From a virus: a stretch of DNA of 64,000 nt. Positions within the stretch are counted from its first letter, which is position 1, and each line of letters opens with the position of its first letter. Below are positions 18,476-28,005 of this stretch, piece after piece. Below the pieces are notes generated by a model, which worked only from the letters and a program-made list of their open reading frames with translations, was not told where the DNA came from and did no database searches. Location: IMG/VR virus record IMGVR_UViG_3300031772_000013, positions 1 through 64,000 of that record. The stretch is one strand, 5' to 3'. Made by a program: the position numbers and the translations under genes.

Positions 18476-18919
18476 TCAGGCCGACATCTCTGCGAGCTTC
18501 ACGTAGACGACAACGGCCTCGTCGAACGGCAGATCGTTCAGCACGACCGCGCCGGCGCCTTTCGGGCGGAGCCCCTTCATCTTCATCGAGTAGAGCTTGC
18601 CCTCGCGCACGAAGAGGGTCTTCTTCGCAAGCTGGCGCTTCAGATCCTTGCGGGTGAGGTAGTCCGCGAGGATGTCGCCGATCACCATGTCCCCGTCGGG
18701 CTGAAGATGCTCGCCGTAGGCTTCCACCGTTGGGAGCGTCTTCGCGTAGGCGTCGATCTCATCGTGGAGCGCCTGGGGGTAGACGAGCGTCATCCCGCCG
18801 TGGCCGTCATTTCGGGCCTCGCCTCGCTGCTTCCCGTCCACGTAGACGGTGGCGGCGAAGGCAGCCGTCTCCTCGGAGAGGCGGGCGTTGTAGGTCACGT
18901 TCTTGAGTTCGATTTTCAT
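18476..18919 (-). CDS. phage/ICE hypothetical protein (SEET..F.A...NDG.GG type)
   Basis: AAGGA RBS; recurrent motif. Confidence 0.75.
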   Translation of the reverse strand: MKIELKNVTYNARLSEETAAFAATVYVDGKQRGEARNDGHGGMTLVYPQALHDEIDAYAKTLPTVEAYGEHLQPDGDMVIGDILADYLTRKDLKRQLAKKTLFVREGKLYSMKMKGLRPKGAGAVVLNDLPFDEAVVVYVKLAEMSA

Positions 18920-18937
18920 GGCTGATGTCCTTTTCGA

Positions 18938-19033
18938 AGAGAGCTACGAGGCGTTACGACCGCTTCCTTTTGGAGGAGATTCTCCTCGCGCAGGCCGCTC
19001 TAGGTTTCCCTGTCTTGGCGCCTCGTGCTCTCT
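18938..19033 (-). ncRNA. candidate structured leader RNA
   Basis: 15-bp closing stem plus internal hairpins, downstream of a TACAAT -10 box. Confidence 0.4.
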
Positions 19034-19127
19034 GGGGGTCAGACGGGGGTGCTCCACCGGTATTCACCGATTGTATACGAAAAAGATGACACCTGAATAT
19101 CCTTCAGGTACCTTCCGTCTATCCTTC

Positions 19128-19700
19128 ATGCCCCGCCGTTCCGTCCCCGTCGTAACCCTCCTCCTGGTTGCCACGAACCTGCTCGCCTACCTCTTCGAGC
19201 TGGGGGCCGGCGGCCAGGCGGTCTGCTACGCCCACGGGCTGGTCCCGGCCAAGTTCGTCCACTCGGGCGCGCTCGGTCCGCTCTTCACGAGCCTCTTCCT
19301 CCACGACCCTGCGGGGCTGGCCCACATCGTCGGGAACATGGCCTTCTTGGCCCTTTTTGGCGCCATCGTCGAGGGAGCCCTCGGGGGGTCCCCGTTCCTG
19401 GGCCTCTACCTCGTCGCGGGCGCCCTCGGGGGCCTGATGCACGTCCTGGTGAGCCCAACGGCGACCGAGCCCCTGGTGGGCGCCTCGGGGGCCATCTTCG
19501 GGATCCTGGCCGTCGCTGGAGCCCTCCGGCCCCGCCTGCTCGGCTTCGTCGCCGTCTTCGTTGGGATCAACATCTTCCACGCCGTCGCGGGGGGCGGGGG
19601 CAACGTCTCATTTGGGGCGCATCTTGGCGGCTTCGTTGCCGGGGTCCTCGTCGTGGCGATCATGCGGGCGGCCGGCAGCGAATCTTTGGAGGCAACATGA
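19128..19700 (+). CDS. rhomboid-family intramembrane serine protease
   Basis: HIVGNM, GASGA (catalytic Ser), AHLGG (catalytic His), multiple TM helices. Confidence 0.92.
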   Translation: MPRRSVPVVTLLLVATNLLAYLFELGAGGQAVCYAHGLVPAKFVHSGALGPLFTSLFLHDPAGLAHIVGNMAFLALFGAIVEGALGGSPFLGLYLVAGALGGLMHVLVSPTATEPLVGASGAIFGILAVAGALRPRLLGFVAVFVGINIFHAVAGGGGNVSFGAHLGGFVAGVLVVAIMRAAGSESLEAT

Positions 19701-20790
19701 CATCAGACAACAAATACGGATACGTGATTAACCACCTCCATGCACGCACAATGCCGGTGGCGGTGTGGGGGTACGATTCGGAAAAAGAAGCGCTGCGAGC
19801 CGGGCGCGCAGCGCTGAAGATCATCGTCACCTCGGGCGGTATAGGAGGCAAGGTCGTGGCCGTGGTCCAGCGTACGGCCGAAGAGAGCGAGCGCATTCTC
19901 GCCGCGAAGGTGCGCGAGACCGAGCGTGCACGGAGTGCGGGGCCGATCGAGCCTCTTACTCGTGAGGAGGCGGCCCAGCAGGCCGAGGATCTCGGGCTCT
20001 ACCTAGAGGCAGAGCGCATTCGCCAGGGGCGGGGGCGGCTGTGAGCACCCCGAGCTGGTCGGGGTCAGAATCGCACGCCGAGCGCTGCCTGGGAGCTGTA
20101 GTGGACCTAGCGAGAGCCGCGGATGAAGGTAAGCAGCGCTCGGCGAGAGCGACACTCGATACGTTGTGCTGGACGTCAGACGGCTATCCTGACGCGGTAC
20201 GCACCGCCCTCCGTGCAGCGGGATTGAAAACCTAGCCAGTCTGGCCCGACCGATGTCGGGCGGTAGTTTCACTGCGACTTCTGCGGGCATAAGCGCTCGG
20301 ATCTCAAGCCACTCTTCGGCGGACAAGCGTGCGAAAAGTGTCGCTCGCCGCTCAAGCCGGTCGAAAATAACCAGAAAACTCTTCAGACCGTGAACACGTC
20401 AAAGAAAGAAACCAAGTGAATACCAACGTCCTCATGCTCGAACTCGCCAACGGTCTCCGCGACGTCATCCTCGCGGCGCCCGAGGAGATAGGAAACGAAC
20501 CCGAGGAGGTCTTCGTCGACCTCGCGACCCGCCTCGTGCTCTACCTCCAGAAAAGAGCGGTGGAGGTCGTGCCGTCGCACCACACTGCGACCGTCAGTAC
20601 CCTCGGTATCCTCACCAAGTGGATGCGGGCGCACCCAGGTGAGTTCATCACCAAGATCGGCCCCACGGGTCGATTCGAGCTCCTCGCAACGACCTCCGAG
20701 GGAGTGCAAGCGTTCTTCCAAGGCGAGTCGATGCAGGACGCCTACGCGCAGATGGCCCAGGTGCTCAACCTCAACGAGGGGCGGCTGTGA
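19697..20790 (+). CDS. hypothetical ORFs (19697-20044, 20041-20235, ~20416-20790)
   Basis: co-oriented, partly coupled. Confidence 0.55.
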
Positions 20791-20975
20791 CGCGCGCGAA
20801 GAAAAACGCGAAGGTCACGAAGGAAGAAGTCTTCAACGTGCGCTGCACTGGCGCGCAAAAGGTACTGCTCGAAGAGGTTGCGGCCCACGACGGGCTCGGG
20901 CTGAGCACGTGGACCCTACACGCTGCGTTGCTGAAGGCCGAAGAACGACTAGCGGCACGGAAAGAGAAGCGATGA
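20787..20975 (+). CDS. ribbon-helix-helix-like protein
   Basis: FNVRCT...LEEVAAHDGLGLSTW. Confidence 0.55.
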   Translation: MTRAKKNAKVTKEEVFNVRCTGAQKVLLEEVAAHDGLGLSTWTLHAALLKAEERLAARKEKR

Positions 20976-21394
20976 GTGTCTACTTCGCACAACGTCGAAA
21001 GAACGGTCTTATCAAAATCGGATACAGTCGCAGTGTCCCGAATAGAATGAGCGCGCTCGGAGCCAAACTGATCGGAGCAGTCCACGGAAATCGATCGACA
21101 GAAATCAAGATCCATGAACGCTTCGCGCATCTACGGGTGCGCGGAGAATGGTTCAGACCAACCAAAGAACTGCTGGATCACATTCAACAAGAAGCACAGA
21201 ACCACAAGCCGGACCAAGAAAGTATCCAGGCAGCGATCCGGATCCCTGACTCGCTGCTCGAACGCATCGACAAGCTCGCCGAGCGCATATCGAAGGACAG
21301 TTTCCCTCTCACGCGCGCCGACGTGCACCGTCGAGCGCTCGAGATGGGCATGGCCCAACTTGAGCAGGGCGAGAAGAAGCTGAAGAAGCGATGA
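20972..21394 (+). CDS. T5orf172/GIY-YIG-like domain fused to RHH-like domain
   Basis: VYF...IKIGYS...E.KIH...GEWF; C-terminal IRIPDSLLERID. Confidence 0.75.
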   Translation: MSVYFAQRRKNGLIKIGYSRSVPNRMSALGAKLIGAVHGNRSTEIKIHERFAHLRVRGEWFRPTKELLDHIQQEAQNHKPDQESIQAAIRIPDSLLERIDKLAERISKDSFPLTRADVHRRALEMGMAQLEQGEKKLKKR

Positions 21395-21997
21395 TCGCTC
21401 CCCCCACAACAATTCACGTCGCCGCGTGTCTGACCTGCGGGGCCATCGCGAGCGCCGACACCCGCGCCGAGGCCGCCAAGCGGACGACGTGCCCGATGTG
21501 CCCCGCCGGGGACGGCGTGCTCCAGGTGTTCCGTTACCAGCTCGCGCCTCAGAAATCCCGAAACGCCCAGAAGAGCCGCGCCAAAGATCACCGATAAGTC
21601 AAGAAAGCAGTACGACCATGAGTACCTCACCCCCCGTCGGACTCCCAGACCGGATCTGGGTCGTGATTCGCCCGAGCGGCGAGCGCGACTTCATCCACCG
21701 AGAGCCTCTCGAAGGCATCGCCGCGTGGGCCAAGGGAGTCAACGCGACGATCGCGGAGTACCGCTTCGCCGCCGTCACCCACGCCGCGCCCCCGAAGAAG
21801 AGGGTGGCCTCAAAATGACGGCCTGGGCGGCCTTCTGGCGGTTCGTGCTCGGCCCCCGCCCGAACCTCGTGGCGGTCTGGTCCGACGGCAAGAAGGAGCC
21901 GGTCGGCTTCTTCGCTTCGTGGCGGCTGTCACGACCGCCGCACCTGCTCGTGCGCGTTGAGTGGGAAGGCGCGACGGTCTGGGCACGTCGAGGCTAG
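21391..21997 (+). CDS. three small ORFs (21391-21597 Zn-ribbon, 21618-21818, 21815-21997)
   Basis: CxxC pairs; overlaps. Confidence 0.55.
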
Positions 21998-22086
21998 CGA
22001 GTGCCACCTCTCCTCTTTCGATAGAGAACCACAAGCAACACGCCGAACGGGACAGCGATCGGCAAGAAGAGCCACAAGGCCATCGA

Positions 22087-22356
22087 CTACCTACGACGCC
22101 GCGCCTGGCTGATCCGGCCACTGATCTTCTTCACGCTGTTCACGAGATCCGGATCGGTGAGCTTCTCGAAGATGGACGTCGCCGCCTTGACGGTCTCGTT
22201 GTCGCTCGACAGGAGCCCATCGAGCGGACTCGAGAGAAGGTCGTACTTGCGGATGATCCGCAGAGCCTTCATCGCCGCAGCGATGCGCTCCTTGTCGTCG
22301 CCGTTCTCTTCGAGCGCGAGCTCGATGAGGTCTCTGGCCTTCTGGCGTGCGTTCAT
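22087..22356 (-). CDS. hypothetical protein
   Basis: coupled ORF. Confidence 0.65.
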   Translation of the reverse strand: MNARQKARDLIELALEENGDDKERIAAAMKALRIIRKYDLLSSPLDGLLSSDNETVKAATSIFEKLTDPDLVNSVKKISGRISQARRRR

Positions 22357-22517
22357 ATCGACGCGCTGCCCGGACCGTGGCTACGCACGTTGTGCCCAAG
22401 CTCCCCGCACTCGCTGCACTTGCGCTTGGCCGTCTTCTTCACGGCCTTCGCGGTCTTCTTCACGGCCTTCACGGCCTTCTTCACGGTCTTCTTCACGGCC
22501 TTTTTCTTAGTTGCCAT
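22353..22517 (-). CDS. 54-aa histone H1-like Lys/Ala repeat peptide with zinc knuckle
   Basis: manual translation: MATKKKAVKKTVKKAVKAVKKTAKAVKKTAKRKCSECGELGHNVRSHGPGSASI. Confidence 0.75.
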   Translation of the reverse strand: MATKKKAVKKTVKKAVKAVKKTAKAVKKTAKRKCSECGELGHNVRSHGPGSASI

Positions 22518-22528
22518 CTTGGTGCCTT

Positions 22529-22768
22529 TCAGTCGTCGAGATCGGGGTCGTCATCGTCGTCGTCTTTCTTCTTCTTCCGGTTCCGCCTGGTGCCGCCACT
22601 GAACCGCTCCTCGAACTCATCGACCATGGCGTCGGCGTACTTGGTCGCGGCAGCCACCATGTCCTCGACGAGGTCATCGACGTCGTCGATGTCGTCGGGC
22701 ATCACGTATCGGCTCATCGCATCATGCGTCCAGCCGACCCAGAGTTCTTTCTTGTCCTGATTCGCCAT
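22529..22768 (-). CDS. small acidic hypothetical protein
   Basis: preceded by TTGACA-17-TACCTC on the minus strand. Confidence 0.7.
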   Translation of the reverse strand: MANQDKKELWVGWTHDAMSRYVMPDDIDDVDDLVEDMVAAATKYADAMVDEFEERFSGGTRRNRKKKKDDDDDDPDLDD

Positions 22769-22791
22769 GTTCCCCCGAGGTACAACGCCTG

Positions 22792-23295
22792 TTAACCGTT
22801 GTCAACAACGTCCATGTCCGGCATCGGTTCGAGAAACCGCGCCAAGGTCCCCCTGTCGCCGGATCGGGCCGGCAACTTGCGCCGCGCGTGAGCGCGAACA
22901 CGACACACGATCCGCTCGACGTGTTCAGTGCGGTCGTCGCCCTTGGCGCAGAGTACCGTCGCAAACGCCGGTACACTCCGATGGCCTCGCTTCGCGTTGC
23001 ACCCAGCGCAACACGTGATCAGGTTGCTGGGGCGGTTCGAGCCCCCACGCATTCGCGGCACGACATGATCTACGGTTGCTTGGCGCGTGCCTGCGGGCAG
23101 GTGCGCCGGGTTCGCGATCGACACGATCGGGGCGGAGCACCACACACATTTGTACTCGTCACGTTCGTAGATACGTCTGCGCGTCGAGGGCTTCAGCCAC
23201 TTGCTCCCCTGGCCACGATTGCCAGCGGTGGGGCTGCGGCGATCGGAGCCGCGAACAACAGGACGTGCCGGTAGGGTCTCCGTCGCGAGGTTCAT
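22792..23295 (-). CDS. HNH endonuclease
   Basis: RD..CVWC...TVDHVVP..RGGSN..NL..CC..CN. Confidence 0.88.
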   Translation of the reverse strand: MNLATETLPARPVVRGSDRRSPTAGNRGQGSKWLKPSTRRRIYERDEYKCVWCSAPIVSIANPAHLPAGTRQATVDHVVPRMRGGSNRPSNLITCCAGCNAKRGHRSVPAFATVLCAKGDDRTEHVERIVCRVRAHARRKLPARSGDRGTLARFLEPMPDMDVVDNG

Positions 23296-23642
23296 TCTGG
23301 CTCCCCTGCGGGCAACGGGATGATCGACTCGGAGCGAAGGCACAACACGTTCGAATGGTCGTGCCAGAAGGTCATCGTCGGGATGCCCTTGTGGTGCTCG
23401 CACCAGTCTATCTGTCGATCCCGTTTCGCGAGATCGTAGTCGTTGAACGGAGGACGTGGTTTCGAGGCGACGGTGCTCGCTGAGGGTGCGGGCGCAGGGG
23501 CGGCGGCACTCGCCGAAGATGCGGGGGCAGAATCGATCGGCGCCAGAACACGGACGCCGAACGGGATCACAACAAACGCAGCAGCTACGAGCGCTGCCGC
23601 CAGCTTGATCTGGGCGATGCCACTCATGAAGAGCGAGTTCAT
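23292..23642 (-). CDS. hypothetical membrane protein
   Basis: hydrophobic N-terminus, Ala/Pro linker. Confidence 0.55.
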   Translation of the reverse strand: MNSLFMSGIAQIKLAAALVAAAFVVIPFGVRVLAPIDSAPASSASAAAPAPAPSASTVASKPRPPFNDYDLAKRDRQIDWCEHHKGIPTMTFWHDHSNVLCLRSESIIPLPAGEPE

Positions 23643-23824
23643 GCTCGGGCGCCGGCCTCGGCAGCTCGCCGCTTGCCTCGCAACGCTTGCTCGAGGATCA
23701 CGCGGATGACCGCGCTGGTCTTCACCTCGGCGCCGGCCGCTTTGCTCATGCGCTTCCGTTCGCGTTCGAGAGCGCTCTTCAGATCCCGCGGAACCCGGAC
23801 GTTGAGGGCCTCGTCGTGTGCCAT
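23639..23824 (-). CDS. ribbon-helix-helix regulator
   Basis: LNVRVPRDLKSALE...SAVIRVILEQAL. Confidence 0.75.
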   Translation of the reverse strand: MAHDEALNVRVPRDLKSALERERKRMSKAAGAEVKTSAVIRVILEQALRGKRRAAEAGARA

Positions 23825-23830
23825 GCGCGT

Positions 23831-23894
23831 ATTCTAGCGCCTGCGCGCGTTGTATTGCAATATCTTGACGAGCGCCATCTCGCAGGATTAGCAT
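23831..23894. promoter_or_regulatory. divergent sigma70-type promoters with palindromic operator candidate
   Basis: plus TTGACG-18-TAGCAT; minus TTGCAA-18-TAGAAT; palindrome TATTGCAATA at 23853-23862. Confidence 0.55.
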
Positions 23895-23981
23895 CCGTCT
23901 CTCACCGTCGAAACCGTCGAAAGGGGCCTCCCACATGGAGCGCATCCAGTTCATCTGTCTGCGTAGTGATGAGGGATCAAC

Positions 23982-24761
23982 ATGCCCCGTCTAGTCTGCT
24001 GGTGGTCGGCCGGGATCGCGTCCTCGGTGGCTTCGGCCGTCGCGCTCACTGAGGCGGGGGACTACGAGGAGCGGATCGTCGCGTACTGCGACACATCCAG
24101 CTCCGAGCACCCGGACAACGCTCGCTTCCTCTCGGAATGCGAGGGTTGGTACGGGCAGCCCATCCTGAAACTCCGCTCCTCCGAGTACCGAGACACCTGG
24201 GAGGTCTTCGCAAAGACTCGCTGGCTCGTGGGGGTGGCCGGAGCGCGCTGCACGACGGAGCTGAAGAAGCTCGTGCGGAGGGGGTTCGAACGGCCCGATG
24301 ACGTGCACGTTTTTGGGTTCACCGCGGACGAGCCCCAGCGCGCTGATCGCTTCCGGGCGAACAACCCGGAGATCGACGCGAGGTTCCCGCTCATCGAGGC
24401 TGGCCTCAAGCACGCCGACTGTGCCGCGCTTCTCCAGAAAGCCGGCATCGAGATCCCGATGATGTACCGGCTCGGCTACCGGAACAACAACTGCATCGGG
24501 TGCGTGAAGGGCGGCGCGGGGTACTGGAACAAGATCCGACGCGACTTCCCAGACGTGTTCGCGAGGATGGCCGGCGTCGAGCGCTCTCTCAACGCCGCCA
24601 TCTTGAAGAAGCACCAAGGAGGCAAGCGGCTCCGCGTGTTCCTGGACGAGCTGGATCCGAAGTCGGGCAGGTACGAGGCGGAAGAAGCCGTCGAGTGTGG
24701 GCTTGCGTGCGGGAGCACGCTCGACGGGATCCAGACTGTGCTTGCGGAGTGTGGGACGTGA
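23982..24761 (+). CDS. PAPS-reductase-like PP-loop protein
   Basis: WWSAGIAS PP-loop, EHPDN, RCT.ELK, GY.NNNCIGCVKGG. Confidence 0.8.
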   Translation: MPRLVCWWSAGIASSVASAVALTEAGDYEERIVAYCDTSSSEHPDNARFLSECEGWYGQPILKLRSSEYRDTWEVFAKTRWLVGVAGARCTTELKKLVRRGFERPDDVHVFGFTADEPQRADRFRANNPEIDARFPLIEAGLKHADCAALLQKAGIEIPMMYRLGYRNNNCIGCVKGGAGYWNKIRRDFPDVFARMAGVERSLNAAILKKHQGGKRLRVFLDELDPKSGRYEAEEAVECGLACGSTLDGIQTVLAECGT

Positions 24762-24886
24762 AGGACGCACTCATCGCCATCACCATCGCCCTCATGTTCA
24801 TCACGTTCGCGCTGCGGCATGAGGCTGGAAGAATTGTGGACGCCATCGACCGAGCCGGGATGCGTTGCAAGTAAAGGACTACCGAC

Positions 24887-26176
24887 ATGAGCACACGACT
24901 CGATCTCGTCTTGCAAAAGCACCCCGATCACGCCGACGGGATCCGGCTACTCGCTTCACGCGACCCGTCCGCGAATCTCAAGTACCTCGACTGGGGCACG
25001 AAGGTCCTGGCGTCCAGCCAGGCGCTCGCTCCGGAGATCGCCGACGTCATCGATCTCTTTCATCAGTTCAGGGGGCAGTGGCACGGGAACCCGGACCGAC
25101 GTGGCTCAAAGAGCCAGCGCGTGCACCACGACATCTACGCATACAAGCCGCAACATCTCGCGCAGCTTCGCGAGCTTCTGTTCAAGATGAAGCGGGCGCA
25201 GGACAGTAGGCGCCGGAAGCGCGTCAAGCTCTACCGCATCGAAGGATCCGTCGAGGCCGACGTGGTCTACGATTCGCCCGATCTCATCGTCCGGCACATC
25301 AAGAACAAGAACGCCAGCGTCCACTACGGGCTCGGCACGAAGTGGTGCACCTCGATGCTCCGCGCCGGCTACTTCGAAGGCTACGAGGCGCAGAACGCGA
25401 CGTTCTTCTTCTTCGAGCGCAAGGTGCCGAAGGGCGACGAGTTCGACAAGGCGGCGCTCATGTTGCCGCGTAACGGCGACAATGATCGAGAGCAGTTTGC
25501 CGAAGCGTTCACGACGACCGATCGCCGGGTCGACATGATGACGCTCGCTAAGGCGCACGGGGTACGGATCTTCGATATCTTCCGCGAGGTCTACGAGCGC
25601 AGCGAGCGGTACCCTGGCTCCGCCATGTCCCGCGTCTACGCGGGTACGGCTACCCAGGAGGAACTCGAGGTCGTCTTCGCGAGCGCCGCCAAGGGCGTCG
25701 AAACGTGCTCCTTGCTCGAAGCCATCTGCTGCAACGATGCGGCGCCATGGACGATGCTGGAAGAGATCGCCCTTCGCGCTCCGGCGTTGTTGCTTGCTTC
25801 CTGGAAGAAGCGGATGCACGGCGGCGCGCATCACCGCAACCGAACTGTCAAGGAACTCGTGACCGCCGTGATGGCGGCCATGTCGATCCACCCGAACGTG
25901 CCCGAAGATGCTCGCGCGAAGGCCATCACGGGGCTACGGCGAAGGCGCATCAAGGTACACACAATCTGTCGCACGACGACGGCTCGGATCGCGGTGGGGT
26001 ACACAGGAAGCGACGGTGTGCGCGGTCGTCGACGTCTCCGTCGACAACGTCCCGTCACCGCGAAAGCCCTCCAGAAGCGCGCTGGAATGTACGAGCGCTT
26101 GGCGGCTCGAATCTTGAAGAAGGCCGCGAGGCTGGAGAAGAAGAAGAAGATTACGAAACGAAAGAGCCCCCGATGA
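24887..26176 (+). CDS. hypothetical protein with GTKWCT motif and basic C-terminus
   Basis: 429-aa ORF with AAGGA RBS. Confidence 0.7.
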   Translation: MSTRLDLVLQKHPDHADGIRLLASRDPSANLKYLDWGTKVLASSQALAPEIADVIDLFHQFRGQWHGNPDRRGSKSQRVHHDIYAYKPQHLAQLRELLFKMKRAQDSRRRKRVKLYRIEGSVEADVVYDSPDLIVRHIKNKNASVHYGLGTKWCTSMLRAGYFEGYEAQNATFFFFERKVPKGDEFDKAALMLPRNGDNDREQFAEAFTTTDRRVDMMTLAKAHGVRIFDIFREVYERSERYPGSAMSRVYAGTATQEELEVVFASAAKGVETCSLLEAICCNDAAPWTMLEEIALRAPALLLASWKKRMHGGAHHRNRTVKELVTAVMAAMSIHPNVPEDARAKAITGLRRRRIKVHTICRTTTARIAVGYTGSDGVRGRRRLRRQRPVTAKALQKRAGMYERLAARILKKAARLEKKKKITKRKSPR

Positions 26177-26502
26177 AACAGAAACTCAACGAGAGACACG
26201 AGATCGACGCAGTCGGCAACCCGGGAGGCGGCGAGACCGCCGCGACGGGCATCGCCATCCGTTGGCAGAACGGCCCACTCGGGCGAGGCTCAGACCGCAA
26301 GGAGCCGAACGGCGCCTTCGTCGAGGGTGTCCTCCAGGCCGCCATCGGGCGCCTTGAGTTCTACCAGAAGGCGAACGGCAGCAAGTTCGCTTGCCGCGAG
26401 AACGCCATCGCGCTCACGCACCTCGAAACCGCGCTTCTCTGGCTGGAGAAGCGCACCAGGGGACGCGAGGAGCGCGAGGTCGAAGGGACGCACACACCGT
26501 GA
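26173..26502 (+). CDS. tad1: Tad1-like (Tad1/Acb2 superfamily) immune-signal sponge protein
   Basis: I.WQ.G...RL..YQ...F.CRENA.ALTH.E.AL.W...R...R..R.V.GT resembles Tad1. Confidence 0.8.
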   Translation: MKQKLNERHEIDAVGNPGGGETAATGIAIRWQNGPLGRGSDRKEPNGAFVEGVLQAAIGRLEFYQKANGSKFACRENAIALTHLETALLWLEKRTRGREEREVEGTHTP

Positions 26503-26846
26503 AAGACCAGATGCGCCTGGGGACTGAGATCGAGCCGGAACGAGGGGCGGCGAGCGCGTCACCTAGAGCCGAGGTGCTTTGGTTCGCTCAGGAAATGGAA
26601 GGGAAACTCAGAGCGAACGACCACAAGGGGCACTGGGACGGGTGTCGGTTCGACTACCTGTCTCGTCGACTCGCCGAAGAATCGGAGGAGTTAAATAAGG
26701 CGATCCTGGCTTCGTCGGGACAAATCACTCTCACTAGAGCGGAGGCCGATCGCATCATTCACGAGGCCGCCGACGTGGCGAACTTCGCGATGATGATCGC
26801 GGACAACGCGAAGCGTCTGCGGGGAGGAGGCGACACAGAGCGATGA
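26499..26846 (+). CDS. MazG-like all-alpha NTP pyrophosphatase-related protein
   Basis: EE..EL and EAADVANF motifs. Confidence 0.6.
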   Translation: MKDQMRLGTEIEPERGAASASPRAEVLWFAQEMEGKLRANDHKGHWDGCRFDYLSRRLAEESEELNKAILASSGQITLTRAEADRIIHEAADVANFAMMIADNAKRLRGGGDTER

Positions 26847-27345
26847 TGAAAGATCAGATACGTTTCGGGTCTGAGACCGAGCCAGGTAGAGGCGCAGCGA
26901 TCCGGCGACACGACGGGGGCCTAGGGGTCGGGACCTTCATGGAAGTGAAGGATGGCCAACCGATCCCCGAAGGCGCCGAACTCATCCAGGTCGGAGCTGA
27001 GGACAGTGACGGTTGGCGCGACGTGACGACGGTCTACAAGTCCGAGCGTAGCGGGCCGGCGCAGGTCGCGACCCCGAAGTATCGTGAGGGACACGACAGG
27101 ATTTTCGGGAAGCAGAAAATGGGGCTGGCGTGAGCGTCTTCAATTCAGAGCCAGTGTGTCTATCGTGCGGCAAACCGCCCGACATGGAAATCACGTCGAC
27201 TTTCCGTGCGCTCACAGCACACGGAGAACGAACGAGTGAGTTGATCAAAAAGGCGGGCACAGCCGTCCAATGGGCATGCGTGAAGTGCTTGATGAAAGCA
27301 GGAAAGGCGGCTGTGAGCGGCGACTTCGCGGAGGAGGAACTGTGA
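26843..27345 (+). CDS. two hypothetical ORFs (26843-27133; 27130-27345 with CxxC pairs)
   Basis: overlap coupling. Confidence 0.6.
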
Positions 27346-27998
27346 TGAGCTACCCAGAGAAAATTCCCGTCGACGGAATTATCGACAGAGACGGGCGCAT
27401 CACGTACATCGGAGACGCGATGTACAGTCACGGGGACGGTTTCTACAAGTGCCTCGCGCGGGTTGATGAAACGCTCTGTATCGTCGAGGTACGAATCAAA
27501 TTAGGAGAGACTATTCCACAACTCGACAACGCCTCCGTCGCTCGGCCCATCATCACACCCTCGAACCAATCCCGCATCGCCATCTGGGTCCGCTCAACCT
27601 TCGGCGACGCCGTTGCCACGGACGTCCCCGAGCGTGCTCTTCGCGTCGCCGAGGAGGCCCTTGAGTTGACGCAAGCCTGCGGCCTGGACGCCGCAACACT
27701 TCACCGCCTGGTCGACTACGTCTTCGCTCGGCCGGTCGGCGAGGTCGAGCAAGAGATCGCTGGCTGCATGGTGACCATCTACTCGGCGGCCTCGACGCTC
27801 GGCATCGACGCAGACGCGGTGCTTGAGGCTGAGCTCGCAAGGATCCATCGGCCAGAGATCATCGAACGATGTCGTCGCCGCCAAGTGGAGAAGCGGGCTG
27901 CGCTCGTGGCGACCTCCGAGCGCGAGTGCGCGTGCAGTAGGCCCTCCACGTGCGAGAGCGGCTGGTGCGGGACGATCTGCGGCTTCTCGCCGATGTGA
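27345..27998 (+). CDS. fusion protein with MazG-like domain
   Basis: ERALRVAEEALEL...QEIAG; GGAGG RBS. Confidence 0.6.
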   Translation: MSYPEKIPVDGIIDRDGRITYIGDAMYSHGDGFYKCLARVDETLCIVEVRIKLGETIPQLDNASVARPIITPSNQSRIAIWVRSTFGDAVATDVPERALRVAEEALELTQACGLDAATLHRLVDYVFARPVGEVEQEIAGCMVTIYSAASTLGIDADAVLEAELARIHRPEIIERCRRRQVEKRAALVATSERECACSRPSTCESGWCGTICGFSPM

Positions 27999-28005
27999 GG
28001 CCAAG

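Noticed and set aside
20032-21394. Further direct repeats at gene junctions (13 bp at 20032/20778; 11 bp at 20965/21384)
   Set aside because: Fit the insertion pattern but are too short and RBS/stop-biased to separate from chance by eye.
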